Shown piece after piece: positions 1 through 10,878 of a stretch of DNA of 64,000 nt (within the stretch, counting starts at the first letter, position 1; each line of letters starts with the position of its first letter). Position numbers and translations under genes: made by a program. The notes beneath the pieces were generated by a model. That model was not told where the DNA came from. It saw only the letters and a list, made by a program, of their open reading frames with translations, and searched no databases. Origin of the DNA: an uncultured Bdellovibrionales bacterium (GTDB lineage: Bacteria; Bdellovibrionota_C; UBA2361; SZUA-149; DAOLCO01); assembly GCA_964353175.1 (NCBI GenBank), contig CAYGUX010000013.1, positions 544 through 64,543 on the forward strand. The letters are read 5' to 3'.

Positions 1-3000
1 GACGCTAACAGAGCTAAATGGGGAGAACTTATCAGATAAGTTAGAACTCGCGGAGGGACTATTTAGAAAAGCTCCAAATCTCTATCTAGAGAAGACCTCT
101 AAGAATGAACAACTCCAGATCTTAGACAAAGTTTATACTTCACTCTCCACATACCGAGAGTCTAAAAAAGACCTATTTGCCGAATACTTCCACCTAGATG
201 GCCATGAAGGATTAATTGGATTCACCTTTATACTAAAAGATCGCCCTTTTATCATTGATACAATAAGTAAATACTTTAGCAGTCTATCGTACCAGCCATA
301 CTGCCTACTCCATCCAATACTAGAGATAGATGGTGTAATTAAGGTATCCCTGACTTACTTAGAAATACAACTTCCGAAAGAACATGATTTAGATTCATTG
401 CTCGCTGAGATACGAGAAAGACTGGAGTTGTTATCTGCTATTACCGATACTTTTGAAATAATGACCAACAAGATCTCCAAGCTAAAAGATAGCTCCAAAG
501 ATCCTCAAGCTAAAGCTCTAATAGACTGGCTTCTTGATGGTGGAATAATATTTTTAGGCACTCTTGATCACACAAGCGGAGAATCGCTCGGGATACTTTC
601 TGACAAACAAGAATTCGACACAAAAGAACAACTGCTAGTCCAATTGGATCAAGATAAAAAAATGCTTCTCGATTCAGACAGGCAAATTATATTTTCTAAA
701 CTCAAAAATAGAAGCCCTATTCACAGATCGGACTATTTAGAAGCTATAAGTTTTAAGGCTGAGAATGGCAATGTTGTGTCTTTACTAGGCATTTTTACCT
801 CCAGAACATGGAAACAAGAGGTTGCTTCTATTCCTATATTAAAAAACAAACTCTCTAATATACTAATCGAAGAAGGCTTAATTCCGAGCTCACATGATTA
901 TAAAGAATTAATCAGCCTCGCTGACACAGTGCCAAAATCGGACTTTTTTCAATATTCTGAAGCTCAAATCAAAATATATTTTAACCAACTCATTCAGGCA
1001 GAAGTAAATGAGGCGGTGAGAATAATTCATTTCACAGATGAATTTAAACGCCTGTCATATTTTACAACTATTTTACCGAACGAACGATATTCAGCTACTA
1101 CCATAGACCAAATAGAAGAAATTTTATCTTCTAAATTGGGCATCTCTAGACAGGCTATGGAATCACATTCCACCTTAGGAGATCACCCGCTTGTTCTTGT
1201 AAGAACAGCATTCCCCTATTCAGCAATCTGCGATGATGAACAGTTTATTATTGAAGTCCAAAAGCTAATCACCCATGATACAGCAAATTGGAACGATTCT
1301 ATTAGATTCCTTCTAACAGAAAATTTCGATGAGGAGAAAGCTTCCAAACTATACCATTATTACAAACTAGCCTTTAGACAATCTTACAAAGCAAGCAACT
1401 CCCCTACTACTGCGCTTCAAGATATTCTAATGCTTGAAAAGCTTACCGCATCCGAACCACTAGATCTGGTGTTAGAGCCCATTGAAAGTTATCGCAGCAA
1501 CCCGAATTACAGACTTAGGATATACAAAAGAGGTGAGAGCTTAATACTCAGTGACATTGTTCCGTTTTTAGAAAATCTAGGCTTAGAAGTTATTAGTGAA
1601 ATAATCTCTCAAATCACTACGGAAGAAGCAGTTTGGGCGGAGATATACGACATTACAGTCAATACTAAAGATGGTTCAAGTATTGATATTAAACAGTTGG
1701 CCTCGAATGTAATTCCATCTTTAAAGCTAATTCTATCCAAAAGATTGTATAATGACACTCTAAATCATCTACTACTATCTCCTGGATTAAAGCCAAAAGA
1801 GATAGCATTCTGTAGAGCAGTTGGAAGATACCTAATTCAACTAAAACTAGCTACTTCAATTAGTTCTGTTGCAAACGCCTACCTCGCGCATCCTGAAATA
1901 ATTCAGTTATTAGTTCAATATTTCCACGCTAAATTTGAACCAAACGAATCAGAAAGAAGCGGTCCAGCAAATGAGTCACGTATAGAAAAAGCTGGAGTCG
2001 CGCGAGAACTTGTATTTCAGGCCCTAAAGAATATTACTGATTCAAGCCATGACAAAATTATAAGGTCATCTTTATATGTAATAGATTCAATGCTTAGAAC
2101 GAATTACTATATTGATGAAAGTAGTTTTAAAATCTCGTTTCAAATCGATTGTTCCTTAATAAGACAAATGCCCTTACCAACCCCTTATCGGGAAATTTTC
2201 GTAAGCGCATCCCATTTCCAAGGTACTCATCTCAGAGGTGGGAAGGTAGCTAGGGGTGGATTACGTTGGTCTTCAAGAAAGGAAGATTTTAGAACTGAAG
2301 TACTTGGTTTAATGAAAACCCAGATGGTAAAAAACTCTATTATTGTACCCGTTGGTGCAAAGGGAGGATTTATACTGCATGAAGAGCCAAAGGAAAGGGA
2401 TGAGTTGCTAAAGGCTGTAGAATCAACTTATAAAGAATTTATTCGTGGACTTCTAGACATCACAGATAATAGAATTGGTAAGAGTATCGCCCATCCTCAC
2501 AATGTTATCTTTTATGACCAGGCAGATCCCTACTTTGTGGTGGCAGCAGATAGAGGTACTGCAACCTTTAGTGATATCGCTAACAACATAGCTAGAGATG
2601 AATATAAGTTCTGGCTAGACGATGCTTTTGCTTCTGGTGGAAGTGCGGGCTATGATCATAAGGCATTGGGCATTACGGCAAAAGGTGCTTGGGAGTGCGC
2701 CATTAGACACTTTAAAGAACTTAGCATAGATATTGATACTACTGAATTTTCAGTAGTAGGTATTGGTGATATGTCAGGGGACGTATTTGGTAATGGTTTA
2801 CTGTTAAGTAAAAATGCGAAGTTAATCGCTGCATTTGATCATAGACACATATTTATAGATCCAAATCCTAATTCTAAAATATCATTTGATGAACGCCTAA
2901 GACTATTCAAGCTGTCAAGGTCATCTTGGGCAGACTACTCGGAAGAATTACTCTCAAAGGGTGGGGCTGTATATGCAAGAAGTCTTAAAGAGATCAATCC

Positions 3001-4645
3001 TAGTACTGAAGCTAAAGAGATATTAAATCTTACGGAGGAATCATACTCACCTACTGAGCTCATTAAGCAGATTCTAAAAGCACCATGTGATCTACTCTGG
3101 AACGGAGGAATTGGAACTTATGTCAAAGCCTCAACGGAAGGGAATACCGATGCTAATGACAGGGCGAATGATGAGCTTAGAATAGATGCTAATGAACTAA
3201 AGGCAAGAATCGTTGCTGAGGGCGGGAATCTTGGATTTACTCAAAGAGCAAGGATTGAATACGCTCGAGTCGGCGGAAGAATAAATACTGATGCCGTAGA
3301 TAATTCTGGCGGAGTAGATACAAGCGATATTGAAGTAAACTTAAAGCTACTTTTCAGACAGGCTATTCTAGATAGAAAAATTAAAATAGAAGAACGAGAT
3401 AAAGCTTTAAAAGCATGTGAAGAAGAAGTCTGCGTTAAAGTTAAGGATCGAAATAGATCCCAAAGTATCATTCTCAGCATTTCTCTTAAAGATAGTCGAG
3501 AAAATTTATCTTCCTATCAGGATCTAATCGTGAGTCTTGAATCTAGTGGAAGATTAAAACGCTCTTTAGAATTTCTTCCAAACAAAGAGGAACTAGAGAA
3601 ACGAAAAGAAGCAAAGGCAGGGTTATCAAGACCTGAGTTAGCCGTATTAGTTGCGTATGTGAAAATGCTTGTTTTTGAAACAGTGCTAGAGTCTAAACTG
3701 GTGGAAGATCCGTATCTTGAAAAGCTTTTAATTAGTTATTTCCCGATTAGTATCGCTGAAAAATACCCTGAACTAATTAAAATTCATCCCCTAAGGAAGG
3801 AAATAATAGCCACTCAAATTGGGAATATCATAGTAGAAAAAATGGGGGCTCCATTTATATTTAAAATTGAAGAAGACCTAGGGTCCAGTCTTACAAATAC
3901 GGTTAAGGCATTCTTAGTTGCAGAAAGTATTCTTAATACTTCCTCTACAGCCCAAGAGTTGGGAGTATTAGATAGAGCCAATACTTCAAGATTTTTCCTA
4001 AGTTCTCTGTATAGAATTCAAACCTCCATAGAAGCAGTCACAAGATGGTTTATTAATGACGAATCTAGAAAACTACCACTTAATGACCTGATGGTTCGGT
4101 ATAGTAAAGAATTTGATACCCTAGTAAATCATACGGACAAGATATTAAGTGGGCCAGAGGAGATTAGATATCAAGAATCCTTACGAGAGTTGTTGATGCA
4201 TAGTATCCCTGCAGACCTTGCTAGGAAACTATGCTCCTCCCAGTATGCGACAAATTATCTTGATATAATTAGAGTCGCTGAGAACACTAATACAAAACCA
4301 TTAGAAATTGCAAGATTAAACTCAACAATATCCTCTGAGCTAAATATAAGTGCCCTTTTAGATATTAGCACTTCAATTCACACTGAGGATAAATGGGAAT
4401 CAAAAGCACTAACCGCCTTAAACAATAACCTTAGACAGTCCGCTTCAAGAATCTCCTATAGGCTTATTAAAGAGCTTGGTGGATTCTCAGAATCACACAT
4501 TAAGAGTTATTTTATATCGAGACAGGAACTTTTAGGTCGCTACAGAAGTACTTTAAAACAAATTGAAGGTACGACGCCCTCTTTCTCCGCTATCTATGTT
4601 GTAGGAAATCTATTAAGACAAATTGGGAAAGCACTTATAAAATAA
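1..4645 (+). CDS. gdhB: NAD-specific glutamate dehydrogenase, large form (5' truncated by window edge)
   Basis: Frame is open from position 2 (DRPFIIDT...LLHP N-terminal motif). Contains HLRGGKVARGGLRWS, EVLGLMKTQMVKNSIIVPVGAKGGF, DPYFVVAADRGTATFSD, GIGDMSGDVFGNG and DNSGGVDTSD motifs. Confidence 0.95.
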   Translation, partial: TLTELNGENLSDKLELAEGLFRKAPNLYLEKTSKNEQLQILDKVYTSLSTYRESKKDLFAEYFHLDGHEGLIGFTFILKDRPFIIDTISKYFSSLSYQPYCLLHPILEIDGVIKVSLTYLEIQLPKEHDLDSLLAEIRERLELLSAITDTFEIMTNKISKLKDSSKDPQAKALIDWLLDGGIIFLGTLDHTSGESLGILSDKQEFDTKEQLLVQLDQDKKMLLDSDRQIIFSKLKNRSPIHRSDYLEAISFKAENGNVVSLLGIFTSRTWKQEVASIPILKNKLSNILIEEGLIPSSHDYKELISLADTVPKSDFFQYSEAQIKIYFNQLIQAEVNEAVRIIHFTDEFKRLSYFTTILPNERYSATTIDQIEEILSSKLGISRQAMESHSTLGDHPLVLVRTAFPYSAICDDEQFIIEVQKLITHDTANWNDSIRFLLTENFDEEKASKLYHYYKLAFRQSYKASNSPTTALQDILMLEKLTASEPLDLVLEPIESYRSNPNYRLRIYKRGESLILSDIVPFLENLGLEVISEIISQITTEEAVWAEIYDITVNTKDGSSIDIKQLASNVIPSLKLILSKRLYNDTLNHLLLSPGLKPKEIAFCRAVGRYLIQLKLATSISSVANAYLAHPEIIQLLVQYFHAKFEPNESERSGPANESRIEKAGVARELVFQALKNITDSSHDKIIRSSLYVIDSMLRTNYYIDESSFKISFQIDCSLIRQMPLPTPYREIFVSASHFQGTHLRGGKVARGGLRWSSRKEDFRTEVLGLMKTQMVKNSIIVPVGAKGGFILHEEPKERDELLKAVESTYKEFIRGLLDITDNRIGKSIAHPHNVIFYDQADPYFVVAADRGTATFSDIANNIARDEYKFWLDDAFASGGSAGYDHKALGITAKGAWECAIRHFKELSIDIDTTEFSVVGIGDMSGDVFGNGLLLSKNAKLIAAFDHRHIFIDPNPNSKISFDERLRLFKLSRSSWADYSEELLSKGGAVYARSLKEINPSTEAKEILNLTEESYSPTELIKQILKAPCDLLWNGGIGTYVKASTEGNTDANDRANDELRIDANELKARIVAEGGNLGFTQRARIEYARVGGRINTDAVDNSGGVDTSDIEVNLKLLFRQAILDRKIKIEERDKALKACEEEVCVKVKDRNRSQSIILSISLKDSRENLSSYQDLIVSLESSGRLKRSLEFLPNKEELEKRKEAKAGLSRPELAVLVAYVKMLVFETVLESKLVEDPYLEKLLISYFPISIAEKYPELIKIHPLRKEIIATQIGNIIVEKMGAPFIFKIEEDLGSSLTNTVKAFLVAESILNTSSTAQELGVLDRANTSRFFLSSLYRIQTSIEAVTRWFINDESRKLPLNDLMVRYSKEFDTLVNHTDKILSGPEEIRYQESLRELLMHSIPADLARKLCSSQYATNYLDIIRVAENTNTKPLEIARLNSTISSELNISALLDISTSIHTEDKWESKALTALNNNLRQSASRISYRLIKELGGFSESHIKSYFISRQELLGRYRSTLKQIEGTTPSFSAIYVVGNLLRQIGKALIK

Positions 4646-5774
4646 GATACATCGAAATAAGAGCACAAAGGCTCATGACTACAAGTGCAGTGATCATGAG
4701 CATCTTTTCCTTGGAGTCTTGTTGATTCCCTGTAGGCAGGGCATCCGTAGGCTTTCTCGGCTTCAAGATTATAGGCTTTGGCTCTGCTTCCCTTGGCAGG
4801 GTTCTCTCCATTTTTTGTATAGTAGCCTCACTCTTGGTATTTACCACTCGTAAAAACTCTTCCGTATCATGCCGATAGGCTCTAAACTTTTTTGTATCCG
4901 TAGAAACAGATACATTTTTTTCCACTATTCCAATCAACTCCATCGCATCTCTAGGGCGATCCTGCTTTTGTTTAGATAGAAGTCTTAGAATCAAACGATT
5001 GATATAAGATGGCATACCAGCTTGAATATCCTTAGGAGGTATAGGAGTGGCTTGCAAATGCTTTCTCATTAACTCACCAGGAGATGTGCCATCGAAAGGG
5101 ACCATGCCTGTCATCATCTCATATAGTACTACCCCTAAACTATATAAATCTACACTTGAAGTAGGCTCCTCACCTATCCAAATCTCAGGTGGAATATAAC
5201 AAACAGATCCTACGATTTCATTATGATGAGTGAGCTGGGAATTTTCGGGTCTTGCTATTCCGAAGTCCATCAGCTTAGGAGAGAAGTCTTCAGATAGGAC
5301 GATATTAGCAGGTTTTAAATCTCTATGAATAATCCCTTTTTGATGAATTGCGTTTAGAGCGCTAGCAATGGCTACTATAAATTCAGCTATCTTTGAAACA
5401 GGATATAGATCTATTTTAAGTAGATCCTCAAGTGTTTTACCATGCGCATACTCCATAGCATAAAAAGTAAGGCCTGAGATTGAGTTAGCCTCATAGACCT
5501 TAATAACATTTGGATGATCTACTTTTTGTAGAAGCTCTGCCTCTCTTAGAAATCTTTTTAGAAGATTTTCATCTAAGGCATATTCTGGATGAAGAATTTT
5601 TATGGCAATTGGCTCCGCGGAAAGGTGGGGAGCACTGGCTAAATATACATTTCCCATACCACCATTACCAATTGGCTTGATCAAACGATAGACAGGGTCA
5701 AGAATACGAGAAATGTGATTCAATTCTTCCACAACTTTCAAATCTATCGCTCTATCTAATTCAGGTAATTCCAT
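4635..5774 (-). CDS. Hanks-type Ser/Thr protein kinase with C-terminal membrane anchor
   Basis: GNGGMGNVY, AIKIL, HRDLKPAN, DFG and DLYSLG kinase motifs; hydrophobic C-terminus; 11-bp convergent overlap with gdhB. Confidence 0.93.
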   Translation of the reverse strand: MELPELDRAIDLKVVEELNHISRILDPVYRLIKPIGNGGMGNVYLASAPHLSAEPIAIKILHPEYALDENLLKRFLREAELLQKVDHPNVIKVYEANSISGLTFYAMEYAHGKTLEDLLKIDLYPVSKIAEFIVAIASALNAIHQKGIIHRDLKPANIVLSEDFSPKLMDFGIARPENSQLTHHNEIVGSVCYIPPEIWIGEEPTSSVDLYSLGVVLYEMMTGMVPFDGTSPGELMRKHLQATPIPPKDIQAGMPSYINRLILRLLSKQKQDRPRDAMELIGIVEKNVSVSTDTKKFRAYRHDTEEFLRVVNTKSEATIQKMERTLPREAEPKPIILKPRKPTDALPTGNQQDSKEKMLMITALVVMSLCALISMYLIL

Positions 5775-6051
5775 AGGGTAGAAATCGGCATATTAGATAA
5801 ATCACTAAAGCACTGAAACTATGCGGCATGGATGCTAAATTTAGGCCAAAGGGCGGACGAGTGAAACATCATACATTACAACCACTTACAAGTTTAAAGC
5901 GCTTAAAGCGGGCTATTGAACCATGCTCTGAGGCCTACTTTACATGCTTTACATGCAGAGTAGACTTGTTTAATCTGAATATGTTCAAATCCTACGGCAT
6001 AATATATGAATCATATTAACTTCATTATTGATTTAGCTTACTACTACACTC

Positions 6052-8184
6052 ATGGCTTCAAATTTCTTTAAACTCACAATAGTCTTATTTGCATTTCTAA
6101 TTGGCTTTTCTAATTCCTATGCAGACAATAAAAAAATTACTCCTAGAATTGTTGGAGGGATTGAAGCTCCTGTGGGTGGATGGCCTTTTATGGTTGGTCT
6201 GTTTTCATCTGGTTTTGGAAGCCTAAAGGACAGAGTGTTTTGTGGTGGAACTTTAATTCACCCCAAGTGGGTACTTACCGCAGCTCACTGCCTTGACGGA
6301 GAATCAACCTCATCATTTATTATTGGTCTATCACTTCATAACTTAACTAATGATAGCGGAGAGCAAAAGACTGTTGCGAGATTCATTCAACATCCTAACT
6401 ATAATAGTACAACACTTGACTATGACATTGCCCTAGTTGAACTTTCATCAAATTCAACTTCTGCTACCCCTATTGCCCCCTATACGGGCAGTAGTAATCT
6501 AGTTGGTACAAACTCAACGGCAATCGGTTGGGGACTCACTGCAGAGAACGGGAACGTCTCAAATACACTTCAACAAGTAGAATTACCGATAATCCCCAAC
6601 GCAACCAGTGGGTGCCAAGTAGATAGCCTTAAAATGTGTGCTGGCTTTGCGTCTGGAGGAAAGGATGCTTGTCAAGGAGATAGTGGCGGGCCCTTAGTTA
6701 CTGGTAGTGGCACTAATGCATCACTCGTAGGAGTTACTTCTTCTGGTGATGGTTGCGCTCGGCCTGGCGAATATGGGATCTGGACAAGAGTCAGTGAATT
6801 TACTTCTTTTATTGAAACCTATGTCCCACCTTTAAATCCAGTGAGTGAAACCAATGGCCCTTATGGTTTGTGGAATAGTTATCTTGGAATGATAAATATT
6901 CTTGAACTACAGAATCCTAGTAATGTGGCTGTCTCTGCTCAGGTCAATCTTCTTAATAGCAATGGTACGATTCGCTCTTCCACACTGGTTTCAGTTCCAG
7001 CCCAGGATCAGTTTGATGTGATTGTAAATGGACTAAGTGGATTTACAAGCGAAGCCTTTGGACTCATCCAAGTATCTAATAATGTAAGTGGGCGCATTTC
7101 TTACTATAAGCCTTCGACCTCAAATCCTTCTTCCTATGACTTTTCCTACAGCGTTCCTCTTAGGAATGGGATATCTAATACCTCCTATGTTTCTTTTAAT
7201 ACCTTCCAACCTAGCAATAATGTCTCTGACAGTGGAAATCTCGTAGCTAACTGGCTCTCATTGGTGAACCTTGAAACTAACACTAAAAGTTTTACTGTTA
7301 ATAAGTATAATCAAGCTGGCACACTTCTAAGTAGTGCAGTATATAATTTGAGTGCTAGAAGCAGAGTGGATGTTGAAGGAGGACATGGAAACCCAGGGCC
7401 CAATACTGTTGGCTATTTAGAAGTGATTCCAAGTGACTCAAGTTGCTTATATCTTAGTCAATTAATTCGTTATGGTTATGGTAACCCAGATTTTGCATTC
7501 GCATTCCCCCTTGAAGCTAGGCCAGCAAGTACCTCTGTAAAATACTTACCACTTGGTAGTGGAGCAACCAATCAAAACTGGATTGAAATTATTAATTTAA
7601 GTGAAAGTGATGTTTCATCAAATATCTTAAAAATCTTTTCCTCCGAAGGAGCGATATTATATAACGGCTCATTACTAAACGCGAGGAGGTCACAAACTCA
7701 CTTTAATGCATCGAGTATTATCCCAAGCGGGGCGATAGGTTTTGCAGAGGTTTCTTCGATGGATAATCAACCTTTTATGGCTCAGTCCATGATCTACTAT
7801 CGATTACCATCTGGGAGTATAGCTTCACTAGTTGGACTACAAACCATTCCTGCAAGTATCGATTCGCTAAGAGGAAGTTATAATTTATTCCTTTCAATGG
7901 AAAGCTATCTTCAAATTCACAATCCATTAGAAACGAATAGCGTAGTGGATATCAGTATTCTCTCTCAAGCTAGCTCAGGAAGTAGTTTTACAGACACGCT
8001 AGGAGCAAAACAAAGTAAATCTTACTACCTAAACTCAAGCATTTACGGCACTAAAAGCGATTCCTATGGATCTGTGACAGTTACTCCGAAAATTGGCAGT
8101 AGCATTCTTGGAACTACATTCAGAGTAAGACGAGAAGGCGCAACGCCTAACCTAGAATATGTAAATCCAGGTGTTTTAGAATAA
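6052..8184 (+). CDS. Secreted trypsin-like (S1) serine protease with about 450-aa repeated C-terminal extension
   Basis: Signal peptide, R|IVGG activation site, LTAAHC, DIAL and GDSGGP catalytic motifs. Confidence 0.92.
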   Translation: MASNFFKLTIVLFAFLIGFSNSYADNKKITPRIVGGIEAPVGGWPFMVGLFSSGFGSLKDRVFCGGTLIHPKWVLTAAHCLDGESTSSFIIGLSLHNLTNDSGEQKTVARFIQHPNYNSTTLDYDIALVELSSNSTSATPIAPYTGSSNLVGTNSTAIGWGLTAENGNVSNTLQQVELPIIPNATSGCQVDSLKMCAGFASGGKDACQGDSGGPLVTGSGTNASLVGVTSSGDGCARPGEYGIWTRVSEFTSFIETYVPPLNPVSETNGPYGLWNSYLGMINILELQNPSNVAVSAQVNLLNSNGTIRSSTLVSVPAQDQFDVIVNGLSGFTSEAFGLIQVSNNVSGRISYYKPSTSNPSSYDFSYSVPLRNGISNTSYVSFNTFQPSNNVSDSGNLVANWLSLVNLETNTKSFTVNKYNQAGTLLSSAVYNLSARSRVDVEGGHGNPGPNTVGYLEVIPSDSSCLYLSQLIRYGYGNPDFAFAFPLEARPASTSVKYLPLGSGATNQNWIEIINLSESDVSSNILKIFSSEGAILYNGSLLNARRSQTHFNASSIIPSGAIGFAEVSSMDNQPFMAQSMIYYRLPSGSIASLVGLQTIPASIDSLRGSYNLFLSMESYLQIHNPLETNSVVDISILSQASSGSSFTDTLGAKQSKSYYLNSSIYGTKSDSYGSVTVTPKIGSSILGTTFRVRREGATPNLEYVNPGVLE

Positions 8185-8194
8185 TCAAATAAAA

Positions 8195-8227
8195 AAAGCC
8201 TGAGAAGTAATATACTCCTCAGGCTTT
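8195..8227. terminator. Bidirectional intrinsic terminator
   Basis: AAAGCCTGAG...CTCAGGCTTT hairpin with A and T runs, between convergent genes. Confidence 0.7.
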
Positions 8228-8245
8228 AGATTCTGTGCGTGAAAC

Positions 8246-9427
8246 CTAATTGGGGCTTGTTTCCGCATTTAACTCTTGGTTAAGGGCTACCCAAAAACTA
8301 ACTAAGGACTTTCTAGATACCCACCCATTTCCCTGTTCGATTAAATTTGTCAACAGAGTATTTGCAGTCTCTAGAATCCGTCCGATCTCTTCATCAATTC
8401 TGGAAACCTCAGCATAAGAATCATCCAGCTCCTGCCTAAGAGAATCGAGATCCTTACGAAATCCAAAGCCAGCACTCACCGCAGAGGACAGAGCCGCTTT
8501 GAGCTGAGAGACTTCCTCTCGCATAGTCTGCAGACAAACTTCCTTCGTTGATCCTGCCCTCCTGAGTTCTAAAACTAATTCATTCAAGAGTTCGATCTCA
8601 GACACAGCATCGGAAAATGCTTCTTCATACCGAAGAACCTCTTGGCGTGAGTCTTCTAGGGTAATCTTAAGTCCTGCATTCTCTACCAATACGAATGGAA
8701 GACTCTCAAAAGCCCTATAATATCCAACAACATCAAGAAACTCCTCCATACGGTTGAGGCCTTCTTGCTCCCGAAAAAGAATCTCCAATGTACAGACATC
8801 GAACATCCCTCTCAATGCCAAATTCTCATTCTCTAACATACGCTGAGTCTCCAAGGATTTGGCATTCTCGCGTTCTAAACGCCTTAGCACTCTACGTGAC
8901 GCTCTAGCCGCCTTACGAATGGCATCAAACTCTTCCTTGGTACGCTTAGCTTTCCCTGTCTGTTGACCTACCACAGTCGGAATATTAGTTTTAATTATCG
9001 TTTCAGGAGACTGCCCCTTATCAAGCGATGCTGGGATCTCCGAACTATCCTTAGAACTGGCCGGTTCATTTTCCCTCGATTCCAGTCTCCTCTTCAATAA
9101 TGCTAGTTCGCCCCTTAAACTCCCAAGTTCCCTATGTGCTTCTGCCACTTCCTTAACTCCTGGAAAATTGCAAAAGCGATAGAAGGTCAAAAGGACAGTA
9201 GGGATAATCATGGCACTCATAGTGAGAAGGAGTGTCATTTCACGAGAAATATGCTCTATCACCAGACTTAGCATAAACCAGCACATTCCAGCTACGCACA
9301 GATACAAAGTTATCCCCTCAAGAAAGGGATGCCTAAGGGATACTCCTTCCTGGAATTCCTTTTTTTCCTGGACTTCCTTTTTGCTTGCGTTTCCTGAATT
9401 CCTTCTACCCTTATTTGATTTCGCCAT
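8246..9427 (-). CDS. Hypothetical membrane protein (2 TM helices plus long coiled coil)
   Basis: 393-aa ORF with GGAGG RBS upstream, two hydrophobic segments and a heptad-rich C-terminus; no family recognised. Confidence 0.7.
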   Translation of the reverse strand: MAKSNKGRRNSGNASKKEVQEKKEFQEGVSLRHPFLEGITLYLCVAGMCWFMLSLVIEHISREMTLLLTMSAMIIPTVLLTFYRFCNFPGVKEVAEAHRELGSLRGELALLKRRLESRENEPASSKDSSEIPASLDKGQSPETIIKTNIPTVVGQQTGKAKRTKEEFDAIRKAARASRRVLRRLERENAKSLETQRMLENENLALRGMFDVCTLEILFREQEGLNRMEEFLDVVGYYRAFESLPFVLVENAGLKITLEDSRQEVLRYEEAFSDAVSEIELLNELVLELRRAGSTKEVCLQTMREEVSQLKAALSSAVSAGFGFRKDLDSLRQELDDSYAEVSRIDEEIGRILETANTLLTNLIEQGNGWVSRKSLVSFWVALNQELNAETSPN

Positions 9428-9687
9428 AACAACCTCCCTTTCTGGAAAAAGTGGCGAAAATAAAAACCTTTCACACTCCGCATATCTACAGCAAATTCAT
9501 GGGATTATCAAATATGTAGGGGAAAATTTGGTCCGATAGGAGCCAAGGTTAGGAAAATAAAAAGGCAAAAAGATCAAATTCTACCCTTTTTGCATTACAC
9601 TAGATTTTACGATGATATGAGCTAACGGCCACCAGCTACTCTTGCCCAAGACGAACTGGGCAAAAAGGCCAATAAAATGGAGTAATA

Positions 9688-9760
<73 letters not shown>

Positions 9761-9844
9761 ATGTGTAATACATGGAATAACCTAAGCAGTAATAAAACCT
9801 GACCAGAACAAGCCCCCTTATAGATTAACTAAAAGGGATCCAAC

Positions 9845-9921
9845 TGGTGGGCCAGGGAAGACTTGAACTTCCGACCTCACGCTTATCAGGCGTGCACTCT
9901 AACCAGCTGAGCTACTGGCCC
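9845..9921 (-). tRNA. tRNA-Ile (GAT), CCA encoded
   Basis: Reverse complement GGGCCAGTAGCTCAGCTGGTTAGAGTG-CACGC-CT-GAT-AA-GCGTG...AGTTCAAGT...TGGCCCACCA. Confidence 0.97.
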
Positions 9922-10239
9922 ATAACCGACTAATTTATTTAGCCTAATTAATAGCTAAAGTCGGGGGGAAACTATTCTTTTAAGGAGCTTATGTCAATAA
10001 ACAAGCAATAAGTATTTCAAAAAATATTAAGGAAGCCTTGGATGCCCTCATATTTATAGTCTGTCCTAATCTAATATATTTTATGTTTAAGGGGTGAAAG
10101 TGATAAAATACAAGGCCTTAAGCTATCCAAGCCTCCTACATCAGATAAAAACTCTACTTGCAGGATCGATTTTTGCCATTTAGAATCTAAATAGTAGGTA
10201 TAGAAGAACTACCCTAGGTTTCTGCAGACTGAAAGTATT

Positions 10240-10746
10240 ATGAATTCGACGCTTTTGTTAAATGCTAGCTACGAACCACTAAGAATTATTTCTTGGGAAA
10301 AAGCTATTACTCTATTTTTCTTGGGTAAAGTTGAAGTCATAGAAACCTATGACAAAAATATTAGAAGCGTTTCACTAGTAATGAGAGCTCCATCTGTAGT
10401 AAGGCTTGTAAACTACGTTCGCCTAGGCTCAAGAAAACCTCCGCTTTCTAAAATAAATCTACTCGCTAGAGATAACTTCACCTGCCAATATTGTAAAAAG
10501 ACCCTCAGTAGAACAGACTCCACTGTTGACCATGTCGTTCCAAGAACCAAAGGTGGGAAAACAAGTTGGGAGAATATTGTTCTTGCATGCCCTCCTTGCA
10601 ATAGAAAAAAAGGCGGAAGGACACCGGATGAGGCTAATATGAAACTATTAAAACAACCCGAAGCCCCTACTTGGTTACCTGTTGTAAATTTCACCTTTGA
10701 AAATAATATCCCTAAAATTTGGAATATCTTTTTAAGAAAACTATAG
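10240..10746 (+). CDS. HNH endonuclease (McrA-like, common chromosomal type)
   Basis: LLLNASYEPL N-terminus, RDNFTCQYC, TVDHVVPRTKGG and ACPPCNRKK motifs. Confidence 0.92.
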   Translation: MNSTLLLNASYEPLRIISWEKAITLFFLGKVEVIETYDKNIRSVSLVMRAPSVVRLVNYVRLGSRKPPLSKINLLARDNFTCQYCKKTLSRTDSTVDHVVPRTKGGKTSWENIVLACPPCNRKKGGRTPDEANMKLLKQPEAPTWLPVVNFTFENNIPKIWNIFLRKL

Positions 10747-10878
10747 AGACTCTCTAATAATTTAAAAAACTTTTAACGAACATATTTGCTTCTTAAAGGT
10801 ACCACGAGCTACCTAAATCCAGGTATTTAAGGCCCGAATAAACAACCCTTTGAACTATTATTGATTCAAATGCCCTGA

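Noticed and set aside
5828-6019. 63-aa ORF between the kinase and the protease
   Set aside because: It lies in a divergent promoter region with no RBS or recognisable motif.
10240-10746. HNH nuclease as a mobile or defence element next to tRNAs
   Set aside because: It belongs to the common stand-alone chromosomal HNH type, with no att duplication or integrase nearby.
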